Source of the DNA: an uncultured Clostridia bacterium
Lineage (GTDB): Bacteria > Bacillota > Clostridia > Christensenellales > UBA1242
Assembly (NCBI GenBank): GCA_944376825.1
Contig: CALWDY010000014.1
Span: 119,444 to 183,443, forward strand
Direction: 5' to 3'
DNA: 64,000 bases
Every line of letters begins with the position of its first letter. The first letter of the stretch is position 1. The translations under genes and the position numbers were made by a program. This document shows positions 11,101 to 20,700 of this stretch, piece by piece. The notes beneath the pieces are model-generated. The model searched no databases. It was not told where the DNA came from and worked only from the letters and a program-made list of their open reading frames with translations.

Positions 11101-14100
11101 GCCTCATTATCTTTATAAACGCCACTGTTTATTATTATTTTTTTACCATTACCATCTAAACTTCTTATTTTTGCTGTAAGCGGACTAAACGCATAAGGAA
11201 GTTCTATATCTGCCATAAGTCTGTAATAGTTTCCATCAATCATTCTTGTCAAGTCTTCTGCTGTGTATACAGGTATTGGAGCATCTTCCAAACTACTTTG
11301 CACAACACTAATATCAAAAGTTTTGATATCCGTTTGGCTAATCTCTTCGGGATTTTCCACTTCTTTTACAGCTAAATAACCTTGCAAATAATAGAGTTCA
11401 ACATATATTCCAAAATTAAATACATTATCACCAACTTTTAGTGGGGTATAAACAAAACCATTTAATTTGTATTCCTTTTCACCCTCATCTTGTGTTTGGC
11501 TTGTTAATAAAGAATACACACTGCCTTTTTTATAATAAAATGATGCTTTTTGCTTTAAACTTTCTTTTAGTAATGATACTGCACCCGTTGCACTGCTTGA
11601 ATACTCAATATCAAGATTATCTACAATCTTATCACGAATATCAACCGCATTTCCAACACCCAATAAAATTTCACTTTCTGCAAACATATTGTCCACATTT
11701 AAGTCATCAAACACATATTCAACAACGGTACAAACAAAACTATTTTTGCTACTTTCAACCATTTGTCCATTTACCAAACGCTTTCCGTAGTATGTTATAA
11801 GTACATCGGCACCTTCTTGACCTGAAATATAGTTTATGTTTTGTGCTACTTGCAAATAGAACGATGAGCCATCACGCACAACTGTGATATATGGTGATGA
11901 TGAAGTTATATAAATTTCATCAATATCATATCCCACAGACTTAACATCTAGTGCATACGACATTCCACTTGCCAAATAATATTTACCGCTTGAATTTTCT
12001 TTTCCAACAACTGCAACATCAACAGATTTATCAATTGCAATAGTTAAAACCTTTTGTTCCTGACTATAAACAATTTCGCCGTTTTTGTTATAAAAATTTA
12101 TGTTTAATGTTACGCTATCTCCTTCAATTACATTTGTGTGTAATCTATAAAGAATTTGCAAATCTCCACCTTGTATATCTTTTTTATAAACCCTTATTCC
12201 ATTTGCCGTTGTATAACCATTTGTTGATACAATTGCTTGATTTGGCTGATTGTTATATTGTTTTAAAAGTCCAAACAACACAACTTTTCCATTATTTATG
12301 TTTGAATCGTCGTTTGTAACTTCAACATAAGAGTAATCTGCGTAATGTGGATTTATAACAACTCTCAATATATTTGTTTTCCCTGCTGTGATTGTGTTTG
12401 TTTCTTGCATTGTGTAACTTGTGTTGTAAATTATGTTTCCATCCTCAAGCGTGCCAAGTTCTATGTCTTTATTGTCGGCAAAAGTATAATTTTTGATAAT
12501 TACACTATCCATTGGCTGACTTGAATAATTTACGCTTAATGTTTTTGATATTCCCGAAATTGAACTTGAAAATACGAATTCATACCTTCCCAACTTAACT
12601 CCACTTTCTGTGTTGAGTTCAAAAGTGTAATCAACATAGTATTTGCCATTTTCTAATTTTGGTTGGCTTATTTTTACGGTGCTAAAATATTCATTAAATG
12701 CACTTTCATTTTGTTTACTATATTCAATAAATACATCATCTTCTAGATATTTCATAACTAGATTTAATCTGTCATTTTCGTCATCAGTTAAATATTGTAC
12801 TTTTACATTTATAACATCGCTTGGAACAATATCCATGTTTGTTTTATCTAATTCAATGCTGTATATACCTTGTGTGTAGTTCATGTTTAATTGCAAATTC
12901 GCATTGTTTTTTGAGTTTGCAACAAACATATTACCATCTTTATTATTTACAAGATAATATTTTGTTTCTTCTCCACCAGAAACAACAGGAATATAAACAT
13001 AAAAGTATATTGGCAAATTATCTGTTGAATTGTTTGTTCCATTGCCTTGAAGCATAATTGTTCTTCCAGACTGTTTAACGTATACATAGTTATGATCTGC
13101 CTCAATCTCTATAAGGGCCTCGGTGTTTTCTACTGTATCAATTCTGTATCCATTTAAAGTTGTAACTTGTCCTTCAAATTTTGGATATAAGTTAAGTATA
13201 TTTCTATTGTTGATATTTAACACATTTACAGATGTAATAGCGCTGCCCAATCTGTCTGCGGTTAAAAACATTTGTAGGCTAGAAATATAATTTGTTACAA
13301 TAACTTTAATTTCTACTTTATCTTTATAATTATTAGATGATGATAATGTTAGCACACAAGTTCCGGTTGAATTTAAAACAAGTTCTCCCATTGATGAAAT
13401 TGAAATCACTGAACTGGCGCTTGAAGATATGTTAATTTCTATATTTCTATATTGCTCTAAAATTAAATCTTGTGGAAGATTTTGAGTGTTAAATTCTTTT
13501 AACAAACTTTGATTTCCCAAATCAACTGCTTTATAATACATCAAAACAAGTGTGTTTTGAGGATATTTGTTTGTATCTATTATTTCACTAAAATTATTAA
13601 TGTTTAAAGCCTTATTAAATGTTTCTCGTTTTGTTATTCCATCGGTAGAAATTTTTATAACATCGCCATAGTAATTTGTTAAATTCTCATTCTCGCCGTC
13701 AGCAATTATATTTCTGTTTACATATGTTTGACAAATATTTTTTCCGTCATCTTTAACTGCACTTGCACCTAAAAAGTATAGATGTGCACAATCTTTGCCG
13801 TCATCGCCTTTGTTACTTATAATAAGTGAAGCGTTTATTCCTGTTTTTCCTTCATCAATTGCTTCAACAATATTTCCCGAAATAATTACATTTTCACCAG
13901 CATCTTGTGAAACAACTCCCACAAGACCAGCCACATAGTTTTTGCCTCTAACAAAAACTTTTGTTGTGTTGTTTAAAACTTTTCCTTTGTTTAACGCTCC
14001 TAATATTCCTGCAACACGACTAAAATTGCTTGCCTCAATATTTCCCTTTGCAAGAATATTTAAAATATTTCCGCCATCATTATGTCCAGCAACGCCACCG

Positions 14101-17100
14101 ATATATGAATTTTCATCAATTCCATTTACCACCATGTTTAAAACACAAGATGTTCCATATAGATTATATTTAATGTAATCATTATTGTTTCTAAAACCTA
14201 TAAGTCCATTATTATTTCCAACAATTCCACCAAAATACAAGTTTTCATTGTTTGTTTTGTCAACATATACCGTAAATTCATCATACATTTGCACAATTAT
14301 AGTAGAATTTGGTTTCACGGTTTGATAATTTGGATTGATTACGCCAGAATTTGTGGTTTCATAACCATTAAATAATGTGTTTTCGCCAATTCTTTTTTCA
14401 TTTTCAATATTTTCAACTGTGTCACCGGCTTCTTTTTCTATAATATCTGCAATAATACTTCCGTTATTTTCACCACATACACCACCAACAAACAAATTGT
14501 TTGTTCCATTTGAAGAAATATTGCTTTCAAGCAAACTTACCGTTGTGTTTTTTATAAGGCCATTGTTAATTCCACAAACCAAACCAATGTATGAGTCGTT
14601 AGATGTTGTTTCGCTAACATCGATTTTTCCTGAAATTGTTAAATTCATAAGATATCCCGTTTGGGCTATATTTGTAAACAGACCATAATAGTCAACATTT
14701 TTAATTGTGTATGGTTTTTTTATTACAAAATTAACAATCCCCCCAACATTTTCATTTGTTGTTTGATTATTAACAATGTTAGACACATAACCTTTTATTC
14801 CTCCTGTAAGTTCTCCTAGCGGTGCAATTTCTTCACCTTGTGCATCAATTATTGTGTCTATTATATAATACTTTGTTAAATCTATATTTTTAAACTCTTC
14901 CCATGTTCTAATGTGCAATGGGTTCTCTATGCTACCTTCTCCAATATAAACATCTAAACTTAAAGAAGACTCATAAAGTGTTCCATCTCCCGATGTTTCT
15001 CCACTAAATTTTGAACTAGGCACAATATGCAATGTTCCTTGTCCACCACCACGACCAGCATATGAAAGTTTTATATAAGAAGAATCATATTCTAATTGAA
15101 CAACCCCCGAAGAAGTGCCGTCTTTTGGTTCAAACCAAGCAACATAATTTTTGTTTGTTGCATCACTTGGAACAACATATGGGTACAATGTAATTTCATT
15201 ATAAACAGCATCTAAATAAATTTGATTTACATAATTATTTAGCCAAATACTGTTTACTTGCACATATGATTTTATTTCAATTTGTATTGATGCAGAAACA
15301 GGTTTTCCATATTCCATTATTTCTGCGGTTATTTTAATAAGTCCACTTGAATTTGAACTTCTACAAACAAATCTCATTTCATTTGCATAAAAATATCCAA
15401 TTTGTGAGCCAGATTCGCTAAGCTCATATACTCCATTTTCTGTTTGTAATGATGTAACAGAAAAGCTCCATTTTATGCTACTTAACCTTTCATCATCATC
15501 TTGTGGTTCATTGTTGTCAATTAAAAGTTTTAAATTAACCTCTGACATAAGTTTGTCAACTTCGCCAATGTTTCCAACATAAACATCGGTTTTGCTTGAA
15601 TATGTAGAATTGTTTTCTCCTGCATTCGCCCCCACCAAACTAAATGAAGATATAGGCTTAAAGCATTTAACATCAAAAGAATATTCTGTATTGTTTTGGA
15701 ACAATTCATCTTCTACAATTTTAAATTGATCAACTTTCATCAAACTCAATTCAACAGTAATTCTATAAGACTGATTGTCAATTCTATTTGCTTTTATTTT
15801 ATTTCCTTCAATACTAATTGCATCAGGATTTGCACTTCTATATGTTAATAAATACATATCTTTGTCTATATTTTTTGGCAAAATGTTTGTAATTATTTCA
15901 AACTCTCCAAGCCCTCTTAAAACAACCGAACTAAGCGTAGAATTATCTCTTATGTTTTTATAAGTAACCTCTGCCACACTGTCGGTGTTGTTTGGCGAAA
16001 CATAAAGCCAAAAATCATCAATACTAAACTGTTCTTTAACAACAATTGTAAGTCTTGTTGATATTCCACTTGACAAAATTAAAGTGTAGGTTGCTTGTCC
16101 TTGCTTTAAAGGTTTGATATCTATTGAAGCCAAATTTTCTTGTGTTTGCGAAACTTCAACATATCCCGAACTCAAATAATCTGCAACAGCAACAATTTTG
16201 CCAATATAAGCATCTGCTTCTTTAACAACAAATCCATTAAATGTTACCACATCATCTTTTGTGCTTATATAAATTGTAGAATTTAGATATTCTTCTGCAA
16301 CATAAAAATCTGTTGCACTTTTTCTTATTATCACCGGTATTTCATTGTAAATTGGAGTTTCTAAATAGTTGGAATAACAAACAAACCTTATGTAAATATT
16401 TTCACCATACAAATCACTTGGTATCACTTTTATTCCGTAATATTCAATTTCTGCCGAAAGATCGTCTATAACTTGATTGTCGGTTATTTCAATTCCTTTA
16501 TATTTTACGCACAAATATTCTCTAATTTCGCTGTAATTCAATTTTGTCAATTGTCCAGTTTCGGCATTTGTAACATAAAATTCGATATTCAAACTAGAAT
16601 ATGTTGATTTTGTTGGATTTATAGAAATTTTTGCTTTTTGAATGCTAGACTTTAAATTATTATCAAACAAATCTACTTGGCTTACAGTTGTTTGTCCATT
16701 TATTTTTATAGATTCTGGAATATAAACAAATTTAATTTTGTATTCAATATCTTTGTAATATTGAGTGTAAGTTGAATCGTAAACTCTAATTATTAAAGTG
16801 TCTTCTAATAACTGTTCACCTTGTTTAACAATGTCAATGCTATATTTATTTTCCAAATCAAATTTTGTGTATGCAAAAGTTTCATTTGTTGCTTTTGAAA
16901 TAAACTCAAATTTATAATTTTTTGTTTCGTCATATGTCATTACATAAGTTTTTTTATAATCAGTGTCATCATTTGCTAATATTTCTATAAAGCTATTTTC
17001 ATCTTCAACAAATGGAAAAACAATCTCGTCGTTGAAACTAAGTTCAATTCCTGTTGTATCTATTTCATCAACAACAATTAATTGAATAGGCACGCTTAAA

Positions 17101-17693
17101 CTAGTGTTAGATAAACTTGTTGCTGTAACCGTAACAACACTTGGAGAATCATCATTTGCATAATATGTGTTGTTTTCCAAAACTGTTTCATTTACGCTAA
17201 ACGAAAGCCCCTTTTGTGTTGTTTGTGGATAGAAATTAAACATATCACTATTTAGCGTTATGCTTTGTCCACGAACAACAAACAAATTTACATTATCTTT
17301 TAAAGAAAAATCTGTAAGTGGTTCGTAAACTGTAACTGGAACATATATGATTTTATTACCTTCTAAAAGAGTAATTGTTAGAGTTGTTGTTCCACTCACT
17401 AACCCTTTTACTTTAATTCTGTATGTTCCATCACCTAAGTTTTGTATATTTTTTGAATCTACACTTGCAATGTTTTTGTCGAAGTTAAAATTAAAATTTA
17501 ATTTTGTTTCAAAATAATTTTCAATTTTTATATCATATTCTTTTTCTTCATTAAGCATTACTTCAATGCTTGAACTAGAAAAAGAGAGAGAAAACTTATC
17601 AAAATTTTCACCACACGCCGTTAAAGTTATGGCACAAAGTGTCAATATAAATATATTTATAATCACTAAAAATTTTTTCATTTTTCTCTCCAT
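8115..17693 (-). CDS. Giant surface lipoprotein B (3192 aa): lipobox, Ig-like (Big_2-type) segments and three GLUG-like beta-solenoid modules
   Basis: Uninterrupted 9.6-kb ORF. The likely true start is MKKF at 17681, behind GGAGAG. The signal peptide ends in the lipobox ITLTAC. GLUG-like repeats recur, for example AGLVGINNGFITNS, SGLVAVNNGHIASSY, GGLVVLNNGTILTSF and SGFVYTNNGTIKRCY. It lies 73 bp downstream of its larger paralogue. Confidence 0.85.
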   Translation of the reverse strand: MERKMKKFLVIINIFILTLCAITLTACGENFDKFSLSFSSSSIEVMLNEEKEYDIKIENYFETKLNFNFNFDKNIASVDSKNIQNLGDGTYRIKVKGLVSGTTTLTITLLEGNKIIYVPVTVYEPLTDFSLKDNVNLFVVRGQSITLNSDMFNFYPQTTQKGLSFSVNETVLENNTYYANDDSPSVVTVTATSLSNTSLSVPIQLIVVDEIDTTGIELSFNDEIVFPFVEDENSFIEILANDDTDYKKTYVMTYDETKNYKFEFISKATNETFAYTKFDLENKYSIDIVKQGEQLLEDTLIIRVYDSTYTQYYKDIEYKIKFVYIPESIKINGQTTVSQVDLFDNNLKSSIQKAKISINPTKSTYSSLNIEFYVTNAETGQLTKLNYSEIREYLCVKYKGIEITDNQVIDDLSAEIEYYGIKVIPSDLYGENIYIRFVCYSNYLETPIYNEIPVIIRKSATDFYVAEEYLNSTIYISTKDDVVTFNGFVVKEADAYIGKIVAVADYLSSGYVEVSQTQENLASIDIKPLKQGQATYTLILSSGISTRLTIVVKEQFSIDDFWLYVSPNNTDSVAEVTYKNIRDNSTLSSVVLRGLGEFEIITNILPKNIDKDMYLLTYRSANPDAISIEGNKIKANRIDNQSYRITVELSLMKVDQFKIVEDELFQNNTEYSFDVKCFKPISSFSLVGANAGENNSTYSSKTDVYVGNIGEVDKLMSEVNLKLLIDNNEPQDDDERLSSIKWSFSVTSLQTENGVYELSESGSQIGYFYANEMRFVCRSSNSSGLIKITAEIMEYGKPVSASIQIEIKSYVQVNSIWLNNYVNQIYLDAVYNEITLYPYVVPSDATNKNYVAWFEPKDGTSSGVVQLEYDSSYIKLSYAGRGGGQGTLHIVPSSKFSGETSGDGTLYESSLSLDVYIGEGSIENPLHIRTWEEFKNIDLTKYYIIDTIIDAQGEEIAPLGELTGGIKGYVSNIVNNQTTNENVGGIVNFVIKKPYTIKNVDYYGLFTNIAQTGYLMNLTISGKIDVSETTSNDSYIGLVCGINNGLIKNTTVSLLESNISSNGTNNLFVGGVCGENNGSIIADIIEKEAGDTVENIENEKRIGENTLFNGYETTNSGVINPNYQTVKPNSTIIVQMYDEFTVYVDKTNNENLYFGGIVGNNNGLIGFRNNNDYIKYNLYGTSCVLNMVVNGIDENSYIGGVAGHNDGGNILNILAKGNIEASNFSRVAGILGALNKGKVLNNTTKVFVRGKNYVAGLVGVVSQDAGENVIISGNIVEAIDEGKTGINASLIISNKGDDGKDCAHLYFLGASAVKDDGKNICQTYVNRNIIADGENENLTNYYGDVIKISTDGITKRETFNKALNINNFSEIIDTNKYPQNTLVLMYYKAVDLGNQSLLKEFNTQNLPQDLILEQYRNIEINISSSASSVISISSMGELVLNSTGTCVLTLSSSNNYKDKVEIKVIVTNYISSLQMFLTADRLGSAITSVNVLNINNRNILNLYPKFEGQVTTLNGYRIDTVENTEALIEIEADHNYVYVKQSGRTIMLQGNGTNNSTDNLPIYFYVYIPVVSGGEETKYYLVNNKDGNMFVANSKNNANLQLNMNYTQGIYSIELDKTNMDIVPSDVINVKVQYLTDDENDRLNLVMKYLEDDVFIEYSKQNESAFNEYFSTVKISQPKLENGKYYVDYTFELNTESGVKLGRYEFVFSSSISGISKTLSVNYSSQPMDSVIIKNYTFADNKDIELGTLEDGNIIYNTSYTMQETNTITAGKTNILRVVINPHYADYSYVEVTNDDSNINNGKVVLFGLLKQYNNQPNQAIVSTNGYTTANGIRVYKKDIQGGDLQILYRLHTNVIEGDSVTLNINFYNKNGEIVYSQEQKVLTIAIDKSVDVAVVGKENSSGKYYLASGMSYALDVKSVGYDIDEIYITSSSPYITVVRDGSSFYLQVAQNINYISGQEGADVLITYYGKRLVNGQMVESSKNSFVCTVVEYVFDDLNVDNMFAESEILLGVGNAVDIRDKIVDNLDIEYSSSATGAVSLLKESLKQKASFYYKKGSVYSLLTSQTQDEGEKEYKLNGFVYTPLKVGDNVFNFGIYVELYYLQGYLAVKEVENPEEISQTDIKTFDISVVQSSLEDAPIPVYTAEDLTRMIDGNYYRLMADIELPYAFSPLTAKIRSLDGNGKKIIINSGVYKDNEAYTNVENYGIFETIDNNTIISNLTIEIGGFGTTMFSFDNTLSSNSFNFGLLAGVNNGVITNCFVTMANASSYLIVSNNSSVTNTNTSYIAGLVGINNGFITNSRANIKIESTGANLSGLVAVNNGHIASSYVKDSLIKNSSSNANNSTGGLVVLNNGTILTSFIEGSYNEGIIKIFAENTINIVSASSIAGAFVYQNAGEIADCYANIPVVASSRNSGFVYTNNGTIKRCYTTSKLGDGDYENYPFIVSQGEGSILESCYYLSDDLFNVNVNQSNASIDGLRPTSLSEFVTRHEVVGNVVQEKQLFTEFVVNKNNEINSGVWFFAQTDNAHEFEVGDTISIIDHQKYIQNTSYVTYSQYTYNGTQQKFVANRLQLVSANTLAYSEKELTSSYDDETGVYTYNYFTSNIYAEDGSKYNPIIVYSASQFENHVINNSLKNINTLNYRFVKDINYTDENLVVSSLYKTTFAGFIEGNGMEISGFSINTNENLLSSGYFSQIGDGLNYATVQNLVFAPKYINLPNAYNVGTVAGTVNRAYVYNINVDAYKLNSQGMVILGRNIVGGIFGRTISSFDINGLYSSISANAYYTNLSADYNNVQDKILYEEMGTNADTVSYAGSIVGYVAGTGTIINPKITNDVASIGMICGFMFGGIGINATVENIILTTSYGQQNFIRASAYAGLIVGDLKGILKDVLVEKPQDQEKLYDLFRLEPRVPLAVGGVGGIIRGGTLENVNIYEDITFEYTKSQLPSAVGGLAGKVLQTISVNNFNFYGQNIIGRNIVGGVIGELKLDANKNVNVSLINANIGEVDNKTTIKMQKPASDEDTIQMYVGGVVGKITSDYTKIEGLLQSITLDQISLNAIIETDVKVYGSILTGDSISTNFYLSVGYLFGGYDGNGSYGGVAFDQWTLDITEPTVNIETKINVQNIRNGNNSNGIPKEFQISFGYVIGFEAEKQLTLSQATQVVININGQAYNLPDNEHTDNAYDIYKQFIGDNN

Positions 17694-17766
17694 TTCTTTT
17701 GCTCTTTTTATTTTAAATTTTAATTGTTATCATTTGTTGTTGTGCTTTCGCCAGTGTCATTTTTAT

Positions 17767-20700
17767 TTAAATAACAATACCTGTAATTGCATCAACTTTT
17801 GTGTCGCCTATTGTGATAAATGTTCTTTGTAGTCTTGTGTCTTCTGATACAATACCATACAAGTTTTCTGTTGTAATTGAATATACATCACTAGCATCGA
17901 TATAAATAGTTTCAGCACCCAAATTAAACAGATAATATCCAGCATTTGTTGTTCCATCAACATAATTAATTGTATCTGTTATTGTGCATTTGCCATTTTC
18001 TACACTAACTTTCCTTTCAATAGTTGTAATTGTTCCATTATTAACTTCAATCGTTATAGTTGAGTTTGATAAAGAAATTTGCTTTTTAACAAGTACATAT
18101 TCATCAACAGTTACAGTTTCGTTTTGTGCATTTTTGTAAGTTGCATTGTTGTGAACAAGTAAAACATTATTTGTTATTCCAAAACTTGAATGAGAAGCAT
18201 TATCAACAACTTTGTTTCCAATTTCGCCCGAAATCACAAATCCATCTCTTAAAGTATAGCACTCTATTTCTCCATTTTCACCTACAACTTTAATCGCATA
18301 ATCATTATCAAACGGAATTAAGTCTAACGATGAAACCTTGTAATCAATATTTAAAACCGTGTAATATTCATCAATAAATAATATTGTATAAGCATTAGCC
18401 AGATTTGTAAAATCATATCTATAATAATTTACTGAAACATTATCAAATGATGATGATAAATTCTGCGATTGTTGCTCGCTTAAATCATATTTATAAATAG
18501 TATTATTTTCATAAACATAACTTAATTTTGACTGATCGTCATTATCAAAAGTAATTTGAATTGTATCAAATAAATGAATTTCGTTGTTTCTTGAAGCATA
18601 AACAGGTATAACTTCAATTGATTGTACTCCATAGTTATAGTAATTTGCCATAAAGTTACTTACTCCCTGTTTGTTTATAACACAACTATAACTTACATCT
18701 TTATTAACATACAAACTATGAAGTGTATTTTCATTTACTATATTTGAAGCCAATGTTAAATAATTAGTTCCACTTTCATTTGCGTTTTGATTATAAATGT
18801 ATAGTAATGCATTTTTTTGTATGTCTTCATAAACATATATCGTGTAAGTTAAATCAGTTGATAAGTTAAACAAACTCTTTTCATTGCCTTTTTCATAAAC
18901 CGACAAGAACTCATTGTCACTGTTCTCAATCTCACTATTCATTGAAAGTACAAAATATGCATCACTAACATTTCCAATTAAAGTTGTTGCGTCAATGTTT
19001 GTATAAGCCGAGTTTTCAGTTACATATTTCAATGTTTTATCTAAATATGTTATATACAAAACTTTTTTTGTTTCACTTTCATGAACTTCCGTAACACTGT
19101 AATTTGTTTCGCCAAAACTAACAACATAATCAATTTGCTTAACAATAAACTCATTATTCACAAAATCAACAACGTAAGATATGTTTTTATCAGCACAACT
19201 AATTGTAAGTGTGCCATCTTGATTGTTTGCAAAAGTAAATTCGCCCTGTAAAGTTATAAAGTTTGATAAAATATTGTCATTTAAATCTTTAAACCTAAAC
19301 ATTGTTTGTTTTGTAGCCTGATTATATTTATAATCAATTTTAAATTTTGTGGTTTCATCACTATTTGTAATTACCAATGTTTCTGTATTTAATGGATTGC
19401 CGTTCAAATCAAAACTATCACACTCGCCTTCTTTTGTAAGGTTTGGTTTTTCTCCTGTTAATTTATAAACATTTATACCATTTATAGTATTCGTTTCATC
19501 ATCCTTTGTAAATTCATAATAGTAATAGCCGTTTTCATCACTTAATTTATTATCTATTACAAAACCTTTTTCTGGTGTAACTTTTTCTTCGTCAACTGTT
19601 ACATTATCCAACACTTCTAAACTTTTACCAAAAATATCAATTGAAATTTTATTTTTGTAAGAAACTTCTTCACTTGCCTCTGTTTCGGATTGTGACAAAC
19701 TAAAAGAAACATTTATTTTATTGGATGTTATATCAAATTTTGAAATTGTTAATGTATTTGTCACTATTTCTCTTTGTAAAGTTTCTTTAATTTTATAAAC
19801 ACCTTCATTTTTTGTAATCAAACAATCAACTGTTGTTTTGTTTGTATTAAATTTAAGTTCAAAATCACTTAAATCCAATAACTCTCCACTAGCAAATTGC
19901 AAATCACCTAATGACAACAAATGATTTTCATATTTTTCAATTGTTATGTCATTTCCATATGGGAAGAACAATTTATTTCTATTTGTTTGTGCATTTATAG
20001 AGCCACTTTCCAATGTATAAGAAACATAACCTAGATATGCAATTTGTAAATTATTATTTATAACAAATACATAATCTTTATACCAACTGTCTTCAACATT
20101 TTCTTTTGTTGAGATAATTAGTGTCTTGTAGTTTTTACCACTATCTCCATCAATATTCATTGTTGGACCAGTTGTTAAATACATTTGTGGCTTTTGATCG
20201 CTTGAATTTTGTGTTTCTATATCTTCACAAATTTTTAATTTGTTGCCATTTCCCAAATCAACATTAAATGTGTATAAATCTTTACCTTCAACTAAATTAG
20301 AAAGATCTTGCACTTGTCCATTGATATCGTAATTAACCTTTTCCGTGCCCCAGTTATTGTTAGAAGTTGTGTAAATATTTTTGTAGTCTACTAGTTGAAT
20401 AGATGACAAGTTTTCTGTTGTTGAATTTACATTTGCACCATTCTCATCAATTTCGCCATCATGATCATTATCTGTAAGATTAGAATTAGATGTTGTTTGT
20501 GTTCTATTTAACAGCAATCTAATGCCATTTGATGTATCAAGCGTTATTGATACAAATTCTGTGGTTATTGTTGTTGTAGAAATTGTTCCACCTTCTATAG
20601 TACTATCGCTTTCACTAACGCTTAAATTTAAATCTATCTTCCCGTTCTTAACAGAATAATTTGAAAGAGTTGAATTGTTATAAGATGTTACTACTGGCTC

